In this document: positions 51,011 to 61,271 of the stretch, piece by piece | Numbering within the stretch: the stretch's first letter is position 1 | Layout of the letters: the number at the start of each line of letters is the position of its first letter | Origin: Oribacterium sp. | GTDB lineage: Bacteria > Actinomycetota > Coriobacteriia > Coriobacteriales > Coriobacteriaceae | Direction: 5' to 3' | Assembly: GCA_963633065.1 (NCBI GenBank) | Contig: CAVGWH010000012.1 | Coordinates: 4,950-68,949 of the forward strand | Length of the DNA stretch: 64,000 nt | Notes under the pieces: generated by a model | The model's database searches: none | What the model was told of the DNA's origin: nothing | The model's input: the letters and a program-made list of their open reading frames with translations, nothing else | Translations under genes and position numbers: made by a program

Positions 51011-52423
51011 ATGGCTCTTCCTCAAAGTTTCAGCCTTTGCGTACTCGGTCAGGGCATGACGGGACTCGATGTGGCGCGCTGGGGCGTTGCCCATCTGGGA
51101 GATCGCGTCTCGTCGGTCACCGTTTACGGCGGCGGCTCGTCTGAACCCACCGATGCGACACGCGCTCTCGAGGCGCAGGGTGCAACCTTCGCCTATGGTA
51201 CCGAAAAGGTGGAAGGGTCCTTCGACATCTGCGTCTCTAGCCCGGGTATCTCTGAGTTCAGTGCGTTTTTCACTTCGGCACGTGACCATGCCGTCCAGAT
51301 TATGGGTGAGCCTGAGTTTGCGTACCGTCTTTCGCCGGAATGCTGGATCGGCATTACCGGTACGAACGGAAAGACCACTACCACCTCGCTCGTCGATCAC
51401 CTCTTGCGCGCGTCGGGTGAAGCTTCACTCGCGGTGGGCAACATCGGTGATCCGGCCATTACCAAGGTCGATGATCGCGCACCGGGTGAATGGTTTGCGG
51501 CTGAGCTTTCGAGCTATATGCTTGCCACCACAAGTGAGCTGCATCCACGTGTCGGCATTCTGCTCAACATCACGCCCGACCATCTTTCCTGGCACCGTAG
51601 CCATAAGAATTATGCCTTCGCGAAGATCAAGCTCTTCCAGAACATGGATGCCCATGACCTCATCGTGGTGGATGCCGAGGACGAGGGTATCGAGGAATTC
51701 CGTGAGCTCATCTATACCGACGATCGACGCATCTGCAGGGTCGCATTCGAGGATACGGGAGATGCGGATGCCTCCTTCGTGCGCGAAGGCACTCTTGTCG
51801 TGCGTCTTGACGGCGCTGAAACCGAGCTTGTTCGCGCCGATGAGCTTAAGATCTCCGGCCATCACAATGTCATCAATGCGCTTTGCGCCGCGACCGCAGC
51901 GCTTTTCGCTGGCGCCGCGCCGGCGCACGTGCGTGAGGGCCTGCGTTCGTTCGAGGCGCTCGAGCATCGCATCGAGCCGTGTGGCGCTATCGATGGCGTG
52001 CGTTTCTACAACGATTCCAAGGCTACCAATACGGATGCGGTCGAGAAGGCGCTCACGGCATTTCCCGATGACGATGTGGTCCTTTTGCTTGGAGGTCACG
52101 ATAAGGGCACTCCGCTTGAGAGCTTTGCGCGTACGGTGATGGACAGCGCGCGTGCCGTCGTGTGTTTCGGCGATGCGCGCGATCGCTTCATGGAGGCTCT
52201 CGACAAGGCCGATATCGAAGGCGATGTCGACATCGCCTGTGCGGATCATCTGCGCGATGCTGTCGACGTGGCGCGTTCGCTTGCCAAGCAGGGTGATGTC
52301 GTGCTGTTGAGCCCCGCCTGCTCGTCTTTCGATGAGTTTTCGGGGTACGAGGAGCGTGGGCGCGCCTTCAAGGAATACCTCAGCGAGCTTCGTGCTCGAT
52401 CTGCGCGCGGCTCCGTGGAGTAG
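51011..52423 (+). CDS. murD: UDP-MurNAc-L-Ala--D-Glu ligase
   Basis: ITGTNGKTTTT, ELSSY, NITPDHL, NDSKATN, LSPACSSFD. Confidence 0.95.
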   Translation: MALPQSFSLCVLGQGMTGLDVARWGVAHLGDRVSSVTVYGGGSSEPTDATRALEAQGATFAYGTEKVEGSFDICVSSPGISEFSAFFTSARDHAVQIMGEPEFAYRLSPECWIGITGTNGKTTTTSLVDHLLRASGEASLAVGNIGDPAITKVDDRAPGEWFAAELSSYMLATTSELHPRVGILLNITPDHLSWHRSHKNYAFAKIKLFQNMDAHDLIVVDAEDEGIEEFRELIYTDDRRICRVAFEDTGDADASFVREGTLVVRLDGAETELVRADELKISGHHNVINALCAATAALFAGAAPAHVREGLRSFEALEHRIEPCGAIDGVRFYNDSKATNTDAVEKALTAFPDDDVVLLLGGHDKGTPLESFARTVMDSARAVVCFGDARDRFMEALDKADIEGDVDIACADHLRDAVDVARSLAKQGDVVLLSPACSSFDEFSGYEERGRAFKEYLSELRARSARGSVE

Positions 52424-52425
52424 CC

Positions 52426-54042
52426 ATGGCACGCGACGATATGCGTTCATACAGCGAGCGCGTTCCCCAAAGAAGGGAGGGCTCTCCCTCTCCCGATAAG
52501 CATTTCGAGAGGCGCGGGTCGGAACCTGAACATTCCTCTTTTGGTGAGAAGTTCATCGCCGGTATCCCCGCACGTGTGATGCGACCGCGTTTGATCTTCT
52601 CGGTTTGCTTGTTCGCGATCCTCGGTTTCGGCCTTTTGATGGTGTATTCGGCATCTTCCGTCGAGGCGCTTAAAGAGTTTGGGAGCTCGACGTATTTCCT
52701 CTTCCGCCAGGCGGTGGTCATGCTCATAGGCCTCACCGTCCTGGCTGCCATCGTGCTCGTTCTTCCCACCTGGATGTTCGATAGCGATGTCGTGTGGTTC
52801 GCATGGGGTGCCGTCGTTCTGCTCCTGCTTGGCGTCATGCTCGTGGGACATGGTAGCCGCGGTGCGGTCCGTTGGATCAACATAGCGGGCTTTCAGTTCC
52901 AGCCTTCGGAGTTTGCCAAGCCGGTGCTCATCGTACTCGTCGCCAAGCTGTTCGATGATTGCTATGTCAAAGGTGCGATCGACTCTTCGCAACTGATCAC
53001 GCGCCTTGTTGTTGCTGTTGTCGTTCCATGCGGTCTGATTTTCATTCAACCCGATTTCGGCACCGTGCTCATCATCGGTGTGACGCTTTTCGCCATCGCT
53101 CTTTTCGTCGGTGTTGAATGGCGTACGATCTTCATACTGATTGGGCTTATGGTGGCGGTCGTCGGGGTAGCGGCGCTCGCGCAGCCGTATCGCGTTACGC
53201 GATTTCTCGTTTCCCAGGATCCATGGTCCGATGAGTACGGTTCGGGCTATCAGGCAACGCTCGCCATTATGGCGTTTGCCTCGGGCGGCCTTTTCGGTCG
53301 CGGTGTCGGCAACTCCACCATGAAATACAACTACTTGCCCGAGGCGCATAACGATTACATTCTCGCCATCATAGGTGAGGAGTTGGGCTTTGTGGGGACG
53401 CTTATCCTCTTTCTCGTCTTCGCCCTCATGTGCTATGCCGCTCTCAAGATCGCGGAGCGTGCCTCCTCTAAGCTATGGGCTCTTATGGCGGGCGGTTCCG
53501 GGGTCATCCTGATCGTTCAGTTTCTCATTAACGCGCTCGGTATCCTCAACGTTCTTCCCATGACGGGCAAGCCCTTGCCCTTCATCAGTTATGGCGGTTC
53601 GTCTGTCATCTCGTGTCTGATGATCGCGGGCCTGGTGTTGCGGGCCTCAGTCGAGAGCGGGCGCAGGAGTATGTACGATGTTCGCCGTGACACCTTTGCC
53701 GTCTATGACGAGAGCACGGCGGGCGAGGTCCGCGTGCGCCGTCGTTCAGCTAAGCCCGGTTTCAGCGTGGTCGATGGGCGAGGGGGAGGGGCTCCCGGAT
53801 CTGATTCCGAGAGTGCTGCCGATATCCCGCAAGGGGGCGTGCGCCCAGCAAGGGGCGCGCCTTTCGGGTCCGAGCGCTCCCACGCGCAGAGTCGTTCGCG
53901 TACCGTGCGCGCCGCCTCGTACAAACGGGTCGATCTTAACGCCGATCCGTCGGCGCGGTTGCGCGTAGACGATACGCGTCCGCGTGTGCGTTATGATTCC
54001 AGGGCAGATGACCCATCTAGAAAGGGACGTTATGACCGATAG
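52426..54042 (+). CDS. ftsW: SEDS peptidoglycan polymerase FtsW
   Basis: MVYSAS, FQPSEFAK, QPDFGT, LPEAHNDYI, LPFISYGGSS; Arg-rich tail. Confidence 0.93.
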   Translation: MARDDMRSYSERVPQRREGSPSPDKHFERRGSEPEHSSFGEKFIAGIPARVMRPRLIFSVCLFAILGFGLLMVYSASSVEALKEFGSSTYFLFRQAVVMLIGLTVLAAIVLVLPTWMFDSDVVWFAWGAVVLLLLGVMLVGHGSRGAVRWINIAGFQFQPSEFAKPVLIVLVAKLFDDCYVKGAIDSSQLITRLVVAVVVPCGLIFIQPDFGTVLIIGVTLFAIALFVGVEWRTIFILIGLMVAVVGVAALAQPYRVTRFLVSQDPWSDEYGSGYQATLAIMAFASGGLFGRGVGNSTMKYNYLPEAHNDYILAIIGEELGFVGTLILFLVFALMCYAALKIAERASSKLWALMAGGSGVILIVQFLINALGILNVLPMTGKPLPFISYGGSSVISCLMIAGLVLRASVESGRRSMYDVRRDTFAVYDESTAGEVRVRRRSAKPGFSVVDGRGGGAPGSDSESAADIPQGGVRPARGAPFGSERSHAQSRSRTVRAASYKRVDLNADPSARLRVDDTRPRVRYDSRADDPSRKGRYDR

Positions 54043-55144
54043 TCCGTTTATCGCCATCGCCGCCGGTGGTACCGCGGGACATATCAACCCAGCGCTTGCA
54101 CTTGCCGAGGAGCTGCGCGATCGCGGGTGCCGTGTGGCGTTCGTGGGCCAGGAGCGCAAGCTCGAGGGCCGTTTGGTGCCCGAGGCGGGCTTCGAGCTCA
54201 TTCCCATCACGGTGACGGGCTTCGACCGCTCGCGTCCTTGGACGGCCGTTTCTTCCCTTTGGCGTGTCCACCGGGCCAAGCGTGCACTGGCGGAGTATTT
54301 TTCCGTTTGCGGTAAGCCCGATGCGGCTATCGGGTTCGGCGCCTATGTCGAGGTGCCGCTGCTGGGATGGTGCAAGGACGCAAAGGTGCCCTATCTGCTG
54401 CATGAGCAGAATTCCGTTCCCGGTCTTGCCAACAAGATGATGAGCGCCCACGCGCGCCGCGTGTGCATTTCGGTGCCTGCTGCCGAGGACGCTTTCAAGC
54501 GCGAGGGCGATCCCGAACACGTGCGCTTCACCGGCAATCCGGTTCGTAGGAGCGTCATCGAGGGCGATCGCGCTCGTGGCCGTGCGGCTCTCGGTATTCC
54601 CGACGATGCCACGCTCCTGCTTGTCTTCGGCGGCTCGCTCGGTGCGCAACATATCAACGAGGAGATGGTGCGTCTTAAGGATCGCCTACTTGGTGTCGAC
54701 AACCTGTATATCGTGCACTCCACCGGTGCCGATGGTTTCGATCAGACCGAGCGTTCCCTGGCGCTTTCCGAAGGGGAGTCCCGTCGCTGGCGCGTGCAGG
54801 CGTATATCGACAACATGGGCGACATGCTTGCCGCTTCCGATGTGGTGCTTTCGCGCTCCGGTGCATCTTCGGTTGCTGAAATCGCGGCGCTGGCCGTGCC
54901 CTCCGTGCTCGTTCCGTATCCGTTTGCCACAGCTGATCATCAAACCACCAATGCTGCCTTTTTGGTCGATGCCGGCGCGGCGGTGATGTTCAAGGACGAC
55001 CAGCTCGACGGCGCCTCCTTTGCCGATACGCTCGTGGAGCTTCTCGATGACCCCGATCGCAGGGCCGAAATGCGACGTGCCGCCGAGGGGCTGGGCCAGG
55101 TCAGTGCCGCCTCGCGTTTGGCCGATGAGGTGCTCGATCTGTAG
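54032..55144 (+). CDS. murG: MurG glycosyltransferase
   Basis: GGTAGHINPA, HEQNS.PG.AN, GNPVR, GGSLGA, RSGASS; ATG 54032. Confidence 0.95.
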   Translation: MTDSPFIAIAAGGTAGHINPALALAEELRDRGCRVAFVGQERKLEGRLVPEAGFELIPITVTGFDRSRPWTAVSSLWRVHRAKRALAEYFSVCGKPDAAIGFGAYVEVPLLGWCKDAKVPYLLHEQNSVPGLANKMMSAHARRVCISVPAAEDAFKREGDPEHVRFTGNPVRRSVIEGDRARGRAALGIPDDATLLLVFGGSLGAQHINEEMVRLKDRLLGVDNLYIVHSTGADGFDQTERSLALSEGESRRWRVQAYIDNMGDMLAASDVVLSRSGASSVAEIAALAVPSVLVPYPFATADHQTTNAAFLVDAGAAVMFKDDQLDGASFADTLVELLDDPDRRAEMRRAAEGLGQVSAASRLADEVLDL

Positions 55145-55329
55145 CGCACGCGTCACGGCCGGTGCTTGTCCTGCAACGAGCCTTCAATGCGCTTGCCTGG
55201 TAAAGACAGTTTCTTTTCCCCGTTTGCTATACGCGTGGTGGAGCCTTGCGTGTTGCGTATGTGCGGATGCGCCGTTTGAGGTAAAGTTAACGGGCTATCT
55301 ATTCATGCTTCGCGATTGAGGTTTTAAGC

Positions 55330-56748
55330 ATGTCCGATTCTTTGACTGCATCCACGACGGCTGGATTTAAGAGCGCTCACTTCATCGGCGTCGGTGGAGC
55401 CGGCATGAGCGGAATCGCGCTTGTTTTGCACGAGCGCGGTTATAAGGTCACCGGATCCGATCTCAAGACCTCGCGCTATATCCGTCAGCTTACGCGCGCG
55501 GGCGTCGAGGTCCATATCGGACATGAGGCGGCGACCATCGATGCCGTATCTCCCGATGTGGTCGTTGTCTCCACAGCCATCCCCGAGTCCAATCCGGAGC
55601 TCATCCGTGCACGCGAGCTTGGCATTCCCGTTTGGCCGCGCGCTAAAATGCTTTCGGCTCTCGGTCACGGTTATACGACGATCGCGGTGGCTGGCACGCA
55701 TGGTAAGACCACCACTTCGTCCATGTGCGCCACCATGCTCGATCGCATGGGTTTCGACCCGAGCTTCCTTATCGGTGGCATCGTGGAGGGCTACGATACC
55801 AACGGGCGCAACGGGGAGGGCGAGTACTTCGTTGCCGAGGCCGATGAATCCGACAGCTCCTTCCTGTATCTCGAGCCTAACGTCGTGGTCGTCACCAATG
55901 TCGAGGCCGACCATCTCGATCACTATTCGGGTCTTGAGGAAATCGAAGCGACGTTCGTCAAGTTCATGAATCTCGTCGGTGACGATGGCACCATCATCGT
56001 CTGCGGCGAAAGCGAGCGCTTGGCTCGTCTGGCACAGAGCACGGGCCTTAACGTGCGCACCTATGGCTTCGGCGATGAGTGCGATATCGTCTGTGTGCAT
56101 CCCGAGGAAGAGGGCGTGGGCAGCGAGTTCAGCGTGCGCTTCTCCGATGGCTCGGAGTACCCGGTCGCGATCAAGAGCAACCCTGGGCGCCACAACATGC
56201 TCAATGCAACCGCCGTGCTCGCTGTGGCACACGAATTGGGTCTCGATGTCGAGGCTGCTGCACGCGCTCTTTCGAGCTTCGAGGGGGTACGTCGTCGCTT
56301 CACGCATGTGGGCGAGGTTAACGGGGTCACCGTCGTCGATGACTATGGTCACCATCCTACCGAGATCAAGGCGACCCTCGCGGCCGCCAAAGCGCTTCCG
56401 TATGGGCACGTCGATGTGGTGTTCCAGCCACATCGCTATAGCCGCCTGCAGGCTCTCGTCGACGATTTCGCAGATGCGTTCGCCGATGCCGACAGACTGC
56501 TTCTCATCGATGTGTTCTCGGCAGGGGAGATGCCCATCCCCGGCGTCACCTCTAAAATGCTGGCCGATGCGGTCGTCGCGCGACATCCCGGCAAGGAGGT
56601 CGTCTACTGCCCCACGCGTAGTGAACTCAACCATGAGCTCGAGCGCATGACGGAGGCCGGCGATATCCTGCTTACTATGGGTGCGGGCGATGTCACCACG
56701 GTCGGTCCCGAGTTCATCGAATATCTCAACACGCAGAAGGATGCTTAG
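55330..56748 (+). CDS. murC: UDP-MurNAc--L-Ala ligase
   Basis: HFIGVGGAGMSGIA, GTHGKTTT, EADESD, DDYGHHPTE, FQPHRYSR. Confidence 0.96.
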   Translation: MSDSLTASTTAGFKSAHFIGVGGAGMSGIALVLHERGYKVTGSDLKTSRYIRQLTRAGVEVHIGHEAATIDAVSPDVVVVSTAIPESNPELIRARELGIPVWPRAKMLSALGHGYTTIAVAGTHGKTTTSSMCATMLDRMGFDPSFLIGGIVEGYDTNGRNGEGEYFVAEADESDSSFLYLEPNVVVVTNVEADHLDHYSGLEEIEATFVKFMNLVGDDGTIIVCGESERLARLAQSTGLNVRTYGFGDECDIVCVHPEEEGVGSEFSVRFSDGSEYPVAIKSNPGRHNMLNATAVLAVAHELGLDVEAAARALSSFEGVRRRFTHVGEVNGVTVVDDYGHHPTEIKATLAAAKALPYGHVDVVFQPHRYSRLQALVDDFADAFADADRLLLIDVFSAGEMPIPGVTSKMLADAVVARHPGKEVVYCPTRSELNHELERMTEAGDILLTMGAGDVTTVGPEFIEYLNTQKDA

Positions 56749-56753
56749 GTCCC

Positions 56754-57665
56754 ATGGGGCTCTTCAATGCCGTCATGGCGCTGTCCGGTGCGATCGATAC
56801 CGATCTGATCGAATCGGAGAAACTTGCGCTTCATACTACCTACCGCATAGGTGGCCGTGCCGACCTGTTCATCACCTGCCACAGCTATCAGTCGCTCCGT
56901 CGCGCAACGACGGTGCTTGAACGAGAAGGGATCCCCTGGGTTGTTTTGGGTAAGGGGTCTAACCTTCTGGTGGCAGATGACGGTTACCGCGGAGCCGTCA
57001 TCACGCTGGGACGTGAGTTCAAGCGTACGGTCGTTTCCGAGGATGGGCTTTCCCTCACGGTGGGGGCGGGTACGATTCTCGCGCGGCTTGTAAACGACGC
57101 ACAGGCTCGTGAGCTTACGGGTCTCGAGTTCGCAGTGGGTATCCCTGGAACCGTAGGCGGTGCCGTATCCATGAATGCGGGATCACGTGACGAATGGATC
57201 GGGAATCTCATCGAGAGCGTCGTGACGTTTTGTCCCGGCTCCGGCCTCAAGCGTTATGCGCACGATGACGTGTTTTGGGGATATCGCACCTGCACGCTGC
57301 CGCGCAACGAGATCATCCTCGAATGCACCTTGTGCCTGAAACCCGGCGATAAATCCTCCATCCGTTCCAAGATGGAGCGCGCGCTCGCTCGCCGCCGCCA
57401 CACGCAGCCCATCGGTCTTCCTTCATGCGGGTCGGTGTTTCGCAATCCCCCCGATGCGAGTGTCGGTCGTATGATCGAGGACTGTGGATTAAAGGGTTTT
57501 TGCGTGGGAGGGGCCGAAGTTTCCAACGTACACGCTAACTTTATCGTTAACAAGGGATCGGCATCGGCGACGGATGTCGCGATGGTTATCAAGCACGTGT
57601 CTGAGAAGGTAAAGGAACGCTATGGCGTCGAGCTACAACCGGAAGTCAAATTCCTCGGCTTCTAG
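56754..57665 (+). CDS. murB: UDP-N-acetylmuramate dehydrogenase
   Basis: TTYRIGG.A, G.GSNLL, GIPGTVGGA..MNAG, GSVFRNP, HANFIVN. Confidence 0.95.
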   Translation: MGLFNAVMALSGAIDTDLIESEKLALHTTYRIGGRADLFITCHSYQSLRRATTVLEREGIPWVVLGKGSNLLVADDGYRGAVITLGREFKRTVVSEDGLSLTVGAGTILARLVNDAQARELTGLEFAVGIPGTVGGAVSMNAGSRDEWIGNLIESVVTFCPGSGLKRYAHDDVFWGYRTCTLPRNEIILECTLCLKPGDKSSIRSKMERALARRRHTQPIGLPSCGSVFRNPPDASVGRMIEDCGLKGFCVGGAEVSNVHANFIVNKGSASATDVAMVIKHVSEKVKERYGVELQPEVKFLGF

Positions 57666-59013
57666 CGCCGCACCGACGTTCCGTCGAGCTGGTAAGACGC
57701 CTGCGAAGCGCCCCTCCTCGCAATCTTCCGCGTCCATGCGTCCGCGTACATCGTCCAAGGGCTTGAGGGCGCCTTCCAAACCTCGCCCGTCATCAAAGCC
57801 CGTATCGGGTCGACGCATCGCTTCAAAAGCCATCGGGACCGCTCGGCCGACGGGATTCAAACGTCCCTCGGCGGCGCAGCACCCGTCGTCTGCCGTGCAT
57901 CCATCGAAGGCTGCGCCGGTGCGCAAATCTTTTGCAGCGTCTAAGCAGAGGGTCTCCACCCCACGCGTTACCAATGCGTCTAAACCATTTATGAATCCGC
58001 TGCAGTCCGGGGTCACGACCGCATCGCGTAGGGCTGCGGTGCGCAAGCCCGCCTTGACTCCAGGTGCTGGTGCAGGGGTTGTCTTCGGCGTGATCGGAGT
58101 CGTGCTCGCGCTTTTGGTCGTAGTGGTTATCGTCGTCAACTCCGGTCTGTTCGCAGCAAGCGATATTCAGATCAAAGGCAGCGAGCATATGACCGAGGCG
58201 GATGCCCGACGTCTGATCGATATCCCCGACGGAACCTCTCTTTTCAATGTCGATGAAAACAAGATCGCTGAAAATCTCAAACAAAACCCCTGGATTTCCG
58301 GCGTGAAGGTGGAACGCTCGTTCCCACATACCCTGGTTATCACGCCGACGGAATATAAGGTCTCCGCTATCGTTTATCTGGCGGCCGATGATTTGGCATG
58401 GGCGGTGAGCGGAAACAAAACGTGGATCGCCCCCGTGTCGCTTTCGTCCTCGGATTCGTCAGGCACGGTCGAGAATAGCACGGCGATGGCATCCCCCGAT
58501 GCGTCCCAGCAAACCGATGCCGCTTCGGGCTCCGAAGCCGACGCATCAGCCGATGACGATACGGTAAGTGACGCCACCGCGACCGATGCGGCTTCCGATT
58601 CTTCCGGTGATGCCTCAACAGCTGATGATGCAGCTGCACAATCCTCGTCGAGCACCGATGCCGCTCAGGCATTGGCGCAGCACTACGGTGCGGTGCTTAT
58701 CGTTGACGTTCCGAGCGATATCTCTCCGGTCTCGGGCGAAAAGGTCACATCGAAGGTCGTCAATGCGGGGCTTGAGTACGCCATGGGCTTCTCCTCTGAC
58801 TTCATAAAGCAGATCAAGAGCATCTCGGTTCCGTCTGCCGAGGCGGTTTCGGTCAACTTGTCCTCGGGAGTCGAGGTTTCATTGGGGACTGCCTCCGATG
58901 TGCAGCGCAAGGAGAAGATCGTTACGAGGCTGCTCAATCAAGAGCAGGGCGTTACCTACATTAACGTGCGCACGCCCGGGAGCTATACGTTCCGTTCGGC
59001 TCCCACGAGTTAG
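57622..59013 (+). CDS. ftsQ: FtsQ/DivIB cell division protein
   Basis: Basic disordered N-terminus, one TM, POTRA (NPWI..V.VERSFPHTL.I), YINVRTP; between murB and ftsZ. Confidence 0.85.
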   Translation: MASSYNRKSNSSASSAAPTFRRAGKTPAKRPSSQSSASMRPRTSSKGLRAPSKPRPSSKPVSGRRIASKAIGTARPTGFKRPSAAQHPSSAVHPSKAAPVRKSFAASKQRVSTPRVTNASKPFMNPLQSGVTTASRRAAVRKPALTPGAGAGVVFGVIGVVLALLVVVVIVVNSGLFAASDIQIKGSEHMTEADARRLIDIPDGTSLFNVDENKIAENLKQNPWISGVKVERSFPHTLVITPTEYKVSAIVYLAADDLAWAVSGNKTWIAPVSLSSSDSSGTVENSTAMASPDASQQTDAASGSEADASADDDTVSDATATDAASDSSGDASTADDAAAQSSSSTDAAQALAQHYGAVLIVDVPSDISPVSGEKVTSKVVNAGLEYAMGFSSDFIKQIKSISVPSAEAVSVNLSSGVEVSLGTASDVQRKEKIVTRLLNQEQGVTYINVRTPGSYTFRSAPTS

Positions 59014-59149
59014 TATCCGGACATTGATTTCGTCCAAATGCTCACTTGTTACCTGCCTTTTGTCTGGAATGTTCACAATTTCTGACGTATTGTTTGACTC
59101 ATTCATCCATAATGTGCGAACATAACGCGGTTTACCTTTGCATTTACTT

Positions 59150-59168
59150 TCAAGTTGAGGGTTAAGGT
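59150..59168 (+). promoter_or_regulatory. Motif upstream of ftsZ, shared with the mraZ upstream region
   Basis: TCAAGTTGAGGGTTAAGGT versus TCAACTTGAAGGTTCGGGT at 44286-44304. Confidence 0.55.
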
Positions 59169-59213
59169 ATTAGGTCAGCCCCAATTTGCCTAACCGATGT
59201 TCGGAGGACCGAC

Positions 59214-60359
59214 ATGCACGAGAACGAGATCAACAACTACCTTGCCGTCATCAAGGTGGTCGGCGTCGGTGGAGGTGGTACCAACGCGGTCAATCGTATG
59301 ATCGAAGAGGGCATCCGCGGCGTTGAATTCGTGGCCATCAATACCGACGCGCAAGCGCTTGCCATCTCGGACGCGGACATCAAGGTACATATCGGCACCG
59401 ATCTCACCCGTGGTCTGGGCGCCGGCGCCAACCCCGAGGTCGGCCGCAAAGCTGCTGACGAGAGCCGCGACGATATCGCCGAGGCACTTGCCGGCGCCGA
59501 CATGGTGTTCATTACGTGCGGTGAGGGCGGTGGCACCGGTACCGGTGCTGCTCCTATCGTCGCCGATATCGCTATGAACGAGGTGGGCGCCCTTACCGTA
59601 GCCGTCGTCACCAAGCCCTTTACGTTTGAGGGTCGTAAGCGTAAGAAATCCGCTGAGGAAGGCATCAAGACGCTTTCCGATTGCGTCGACACCATGATCG
59701 TCATCCCCAACGATAAGCTTCTCGATATCGCCGAGAAGAAGACCACCATGCTCGAGGCCTTTGCTACGGCGGATGGCGTTCTTTCCCAGGGCACCCAGGG
59801 CATCACCGACCTCATCACCGTTCCGGGCATCATCAACCTCGACTTCGCCGATGTTAAGACCATCATGAAGCAGGCCGGTACGGCCATGATGGGTATCGGC
59901 ACCGCTTCTGGCGATGCCCGCGCCGTTGACGCCGCTCAGCAGGCCATCTCGAGTCGTTTGCTCGAGAGCTCCATCGATGGTGCTACGCGTGTGCTGCTTT
60001 CCATCGCAGGTTCCAAAGACCTGGGTATTCAGGAGATCAACGATGCCGCCGATCTGGTGGCCAACGCGGTCGACCCCGAAGCCAACATCATCTTCGGTAC
60101 CGTTGTCGACGAGTCTCTTGGTGACCAGGTGCGCATCACCGTCATCGCCACGGGCTTCACCGATGTCAACGTCAACCGTCAGGACGAGCTCTTCAACCAG
60201 GCTCAGGCTCAGGCCAAGAGCTCTGCTTCCGACTCTGCTCATGCGGCTACGAGTCCTGCTCAGGCTGCTCCTACGCGTAAGGTCGGCGGTACCGAGCTTC
60301 CTAATTTCGGTAACGATCAGTTCGAGCTGCCCGATTTCCTTAAGCGCGGTTCGTTCTAA
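59214..60359 (+). CDS. ftsZ: Cell division protein FtsZ
   Basis: [32 protein letters not shown]-terminal ELPDFLK. Confidence 0.98.
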   Translation: MHENEINNYLAVIKVVGVGGGGTNAVNRMIEEGIRGVEFVAINTDAQALAISDADIKVHIGTDLTRGLGAGANPEVGRKAADESRDDIAEALAGADMVFITCGEGGGTGTGAAPIVADIAMNEVGALTVAVVTKPFTFEGRKRKKSAEEGIKTLSDCVDTMIVIPNDKLLDIAEKKTTMLEAFATADGVLSQGTQGITDLITVPGIINLDFADVKTIMKQAGTAMMGIGTASGDARAVDAAQQAISSRLLESSIDGATRVLLSIAGSKDLGIQEINDAADLVANAVDPEANIIFGTVVDESLGDQVRITVIATGFTDVNVNRQDELFNQAQAQAKSSASDSAHAATSPAQAAPTRKVGGTELPNFGNDQFELPDFLKRGSF

Positions 60360-60382
60360 CGCGCCTTTTCAAGGTTCCTTTT

Positions 60383-60418
60383 GCTCCCGGATGAGTCGCT
60401 CGTCCGGGAGCTTTTCTT
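60383..60418 (+). terminator. Terminator after ftsZ
   Basis: GCTCCCGGATGAG-TCG-CTCGTCCGGGAGC then TTTTCTT. Confidence 0.8.
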
Positions 60419-60458
60419 ATTCTCGTGCATCGTGCAGACAGAAAAAGGAGACGGATAT

Positions 60459-61271
60459 ATGGCTCTGAAACCGACTTCCTTGCCGGCGGGCATGAAACGT
60501 GTCGACCATGATGGCGTTACGCTTGTTGAATGCCGCGATCCGCATATCACTTTTGCGTTCACCGAGCGTACGGGTGGCGTCTCAGAGCCTCCTTATGCTT
60601 CGCTTAATCTAGGCTCACATGTCGGAGACGATCCCTTTGCCGTGCAGGAGAACCGAAGGCGTGTATTGGAAGCCATGGGATGCTCCGATTGCTCCGATGA
60701 TCTTTTGGTGCCCAATCAGGTGCATGGCGATCGTGTTGTCGTCGTTAGGCAGCAGGGTGCTGATTATCTGGAAGATATACGCGAGAGCATTTCCGAGGGC
60801 GCCGATGCCATCGTGTGCACGGCTCCCCAGGTCCCGGTGATGCTCTGTTTTGCCGATTGCGCGCCCGTGGTTCTCACGGCACCCCGCGGCTTTGCGGTGG
60901 TGCATTCGGGTTGGAAAGGTACGTATGCACGTATCGCGGGTAAGGCGGCGCGTATCCTTTGCGAGGAGACGGGATGTGATCCTGACGATTTGCAAGCGTT
61001 TATCGGGCCTCATATTCTTGCTGACGAATATGAGGTATCCGCAGAGCTTATCCATAAGTTTTCATTACAATTTGATAACATAAATACGTTTGGCCCGCGA
61101 TTGCTTGATTTATCGTGTGCAATTCGTCAATCGCTTGAGGAAACAGGAGTACGTTCGTGCGACATTCACGATCTGGGTCTTTCAACGATGCAGTTGAACG
61201 ACCGTTTCTTCTCCTATCGACTGGAAAACGGAGCCTGCGGTCGTCATGCGGCCGTATGCGTCATGCGATAG
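60459..61271 (+). CDS. pgeF: PgeF/YfiH (polyphenol oxidase-like) family protein
   Basis: FT.R.GGVS.PPY.SLNL, QVHG, ADC.PV, HSGWKG, FFSYR; ATG 60459 after AAGGAG. Confidence 0.9.
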   Translation: MALKPTSLPAGMKRVDHDGVTLVECRDPHITFAFTERTGGVSEPPYASLNLGSHVGDDPFAVQENRRRVLEAMGCSDCSDDLLVPNQVHGDRVVVVRQQGADYLEDIRESISEGADAIVCTAPQVPVMLCFADCAPVVLTAPRGFAVVHSGWKGTYARIAGKAARILCEETGCDPDDLQAFIGPHILADEYEVSAELIHKFSLQFDNINTFGPRLLDLSCAIRQSLEETGVRSCDIHDLGLSTMQLNDRFFSYRLENGACGRHAAVCVMR

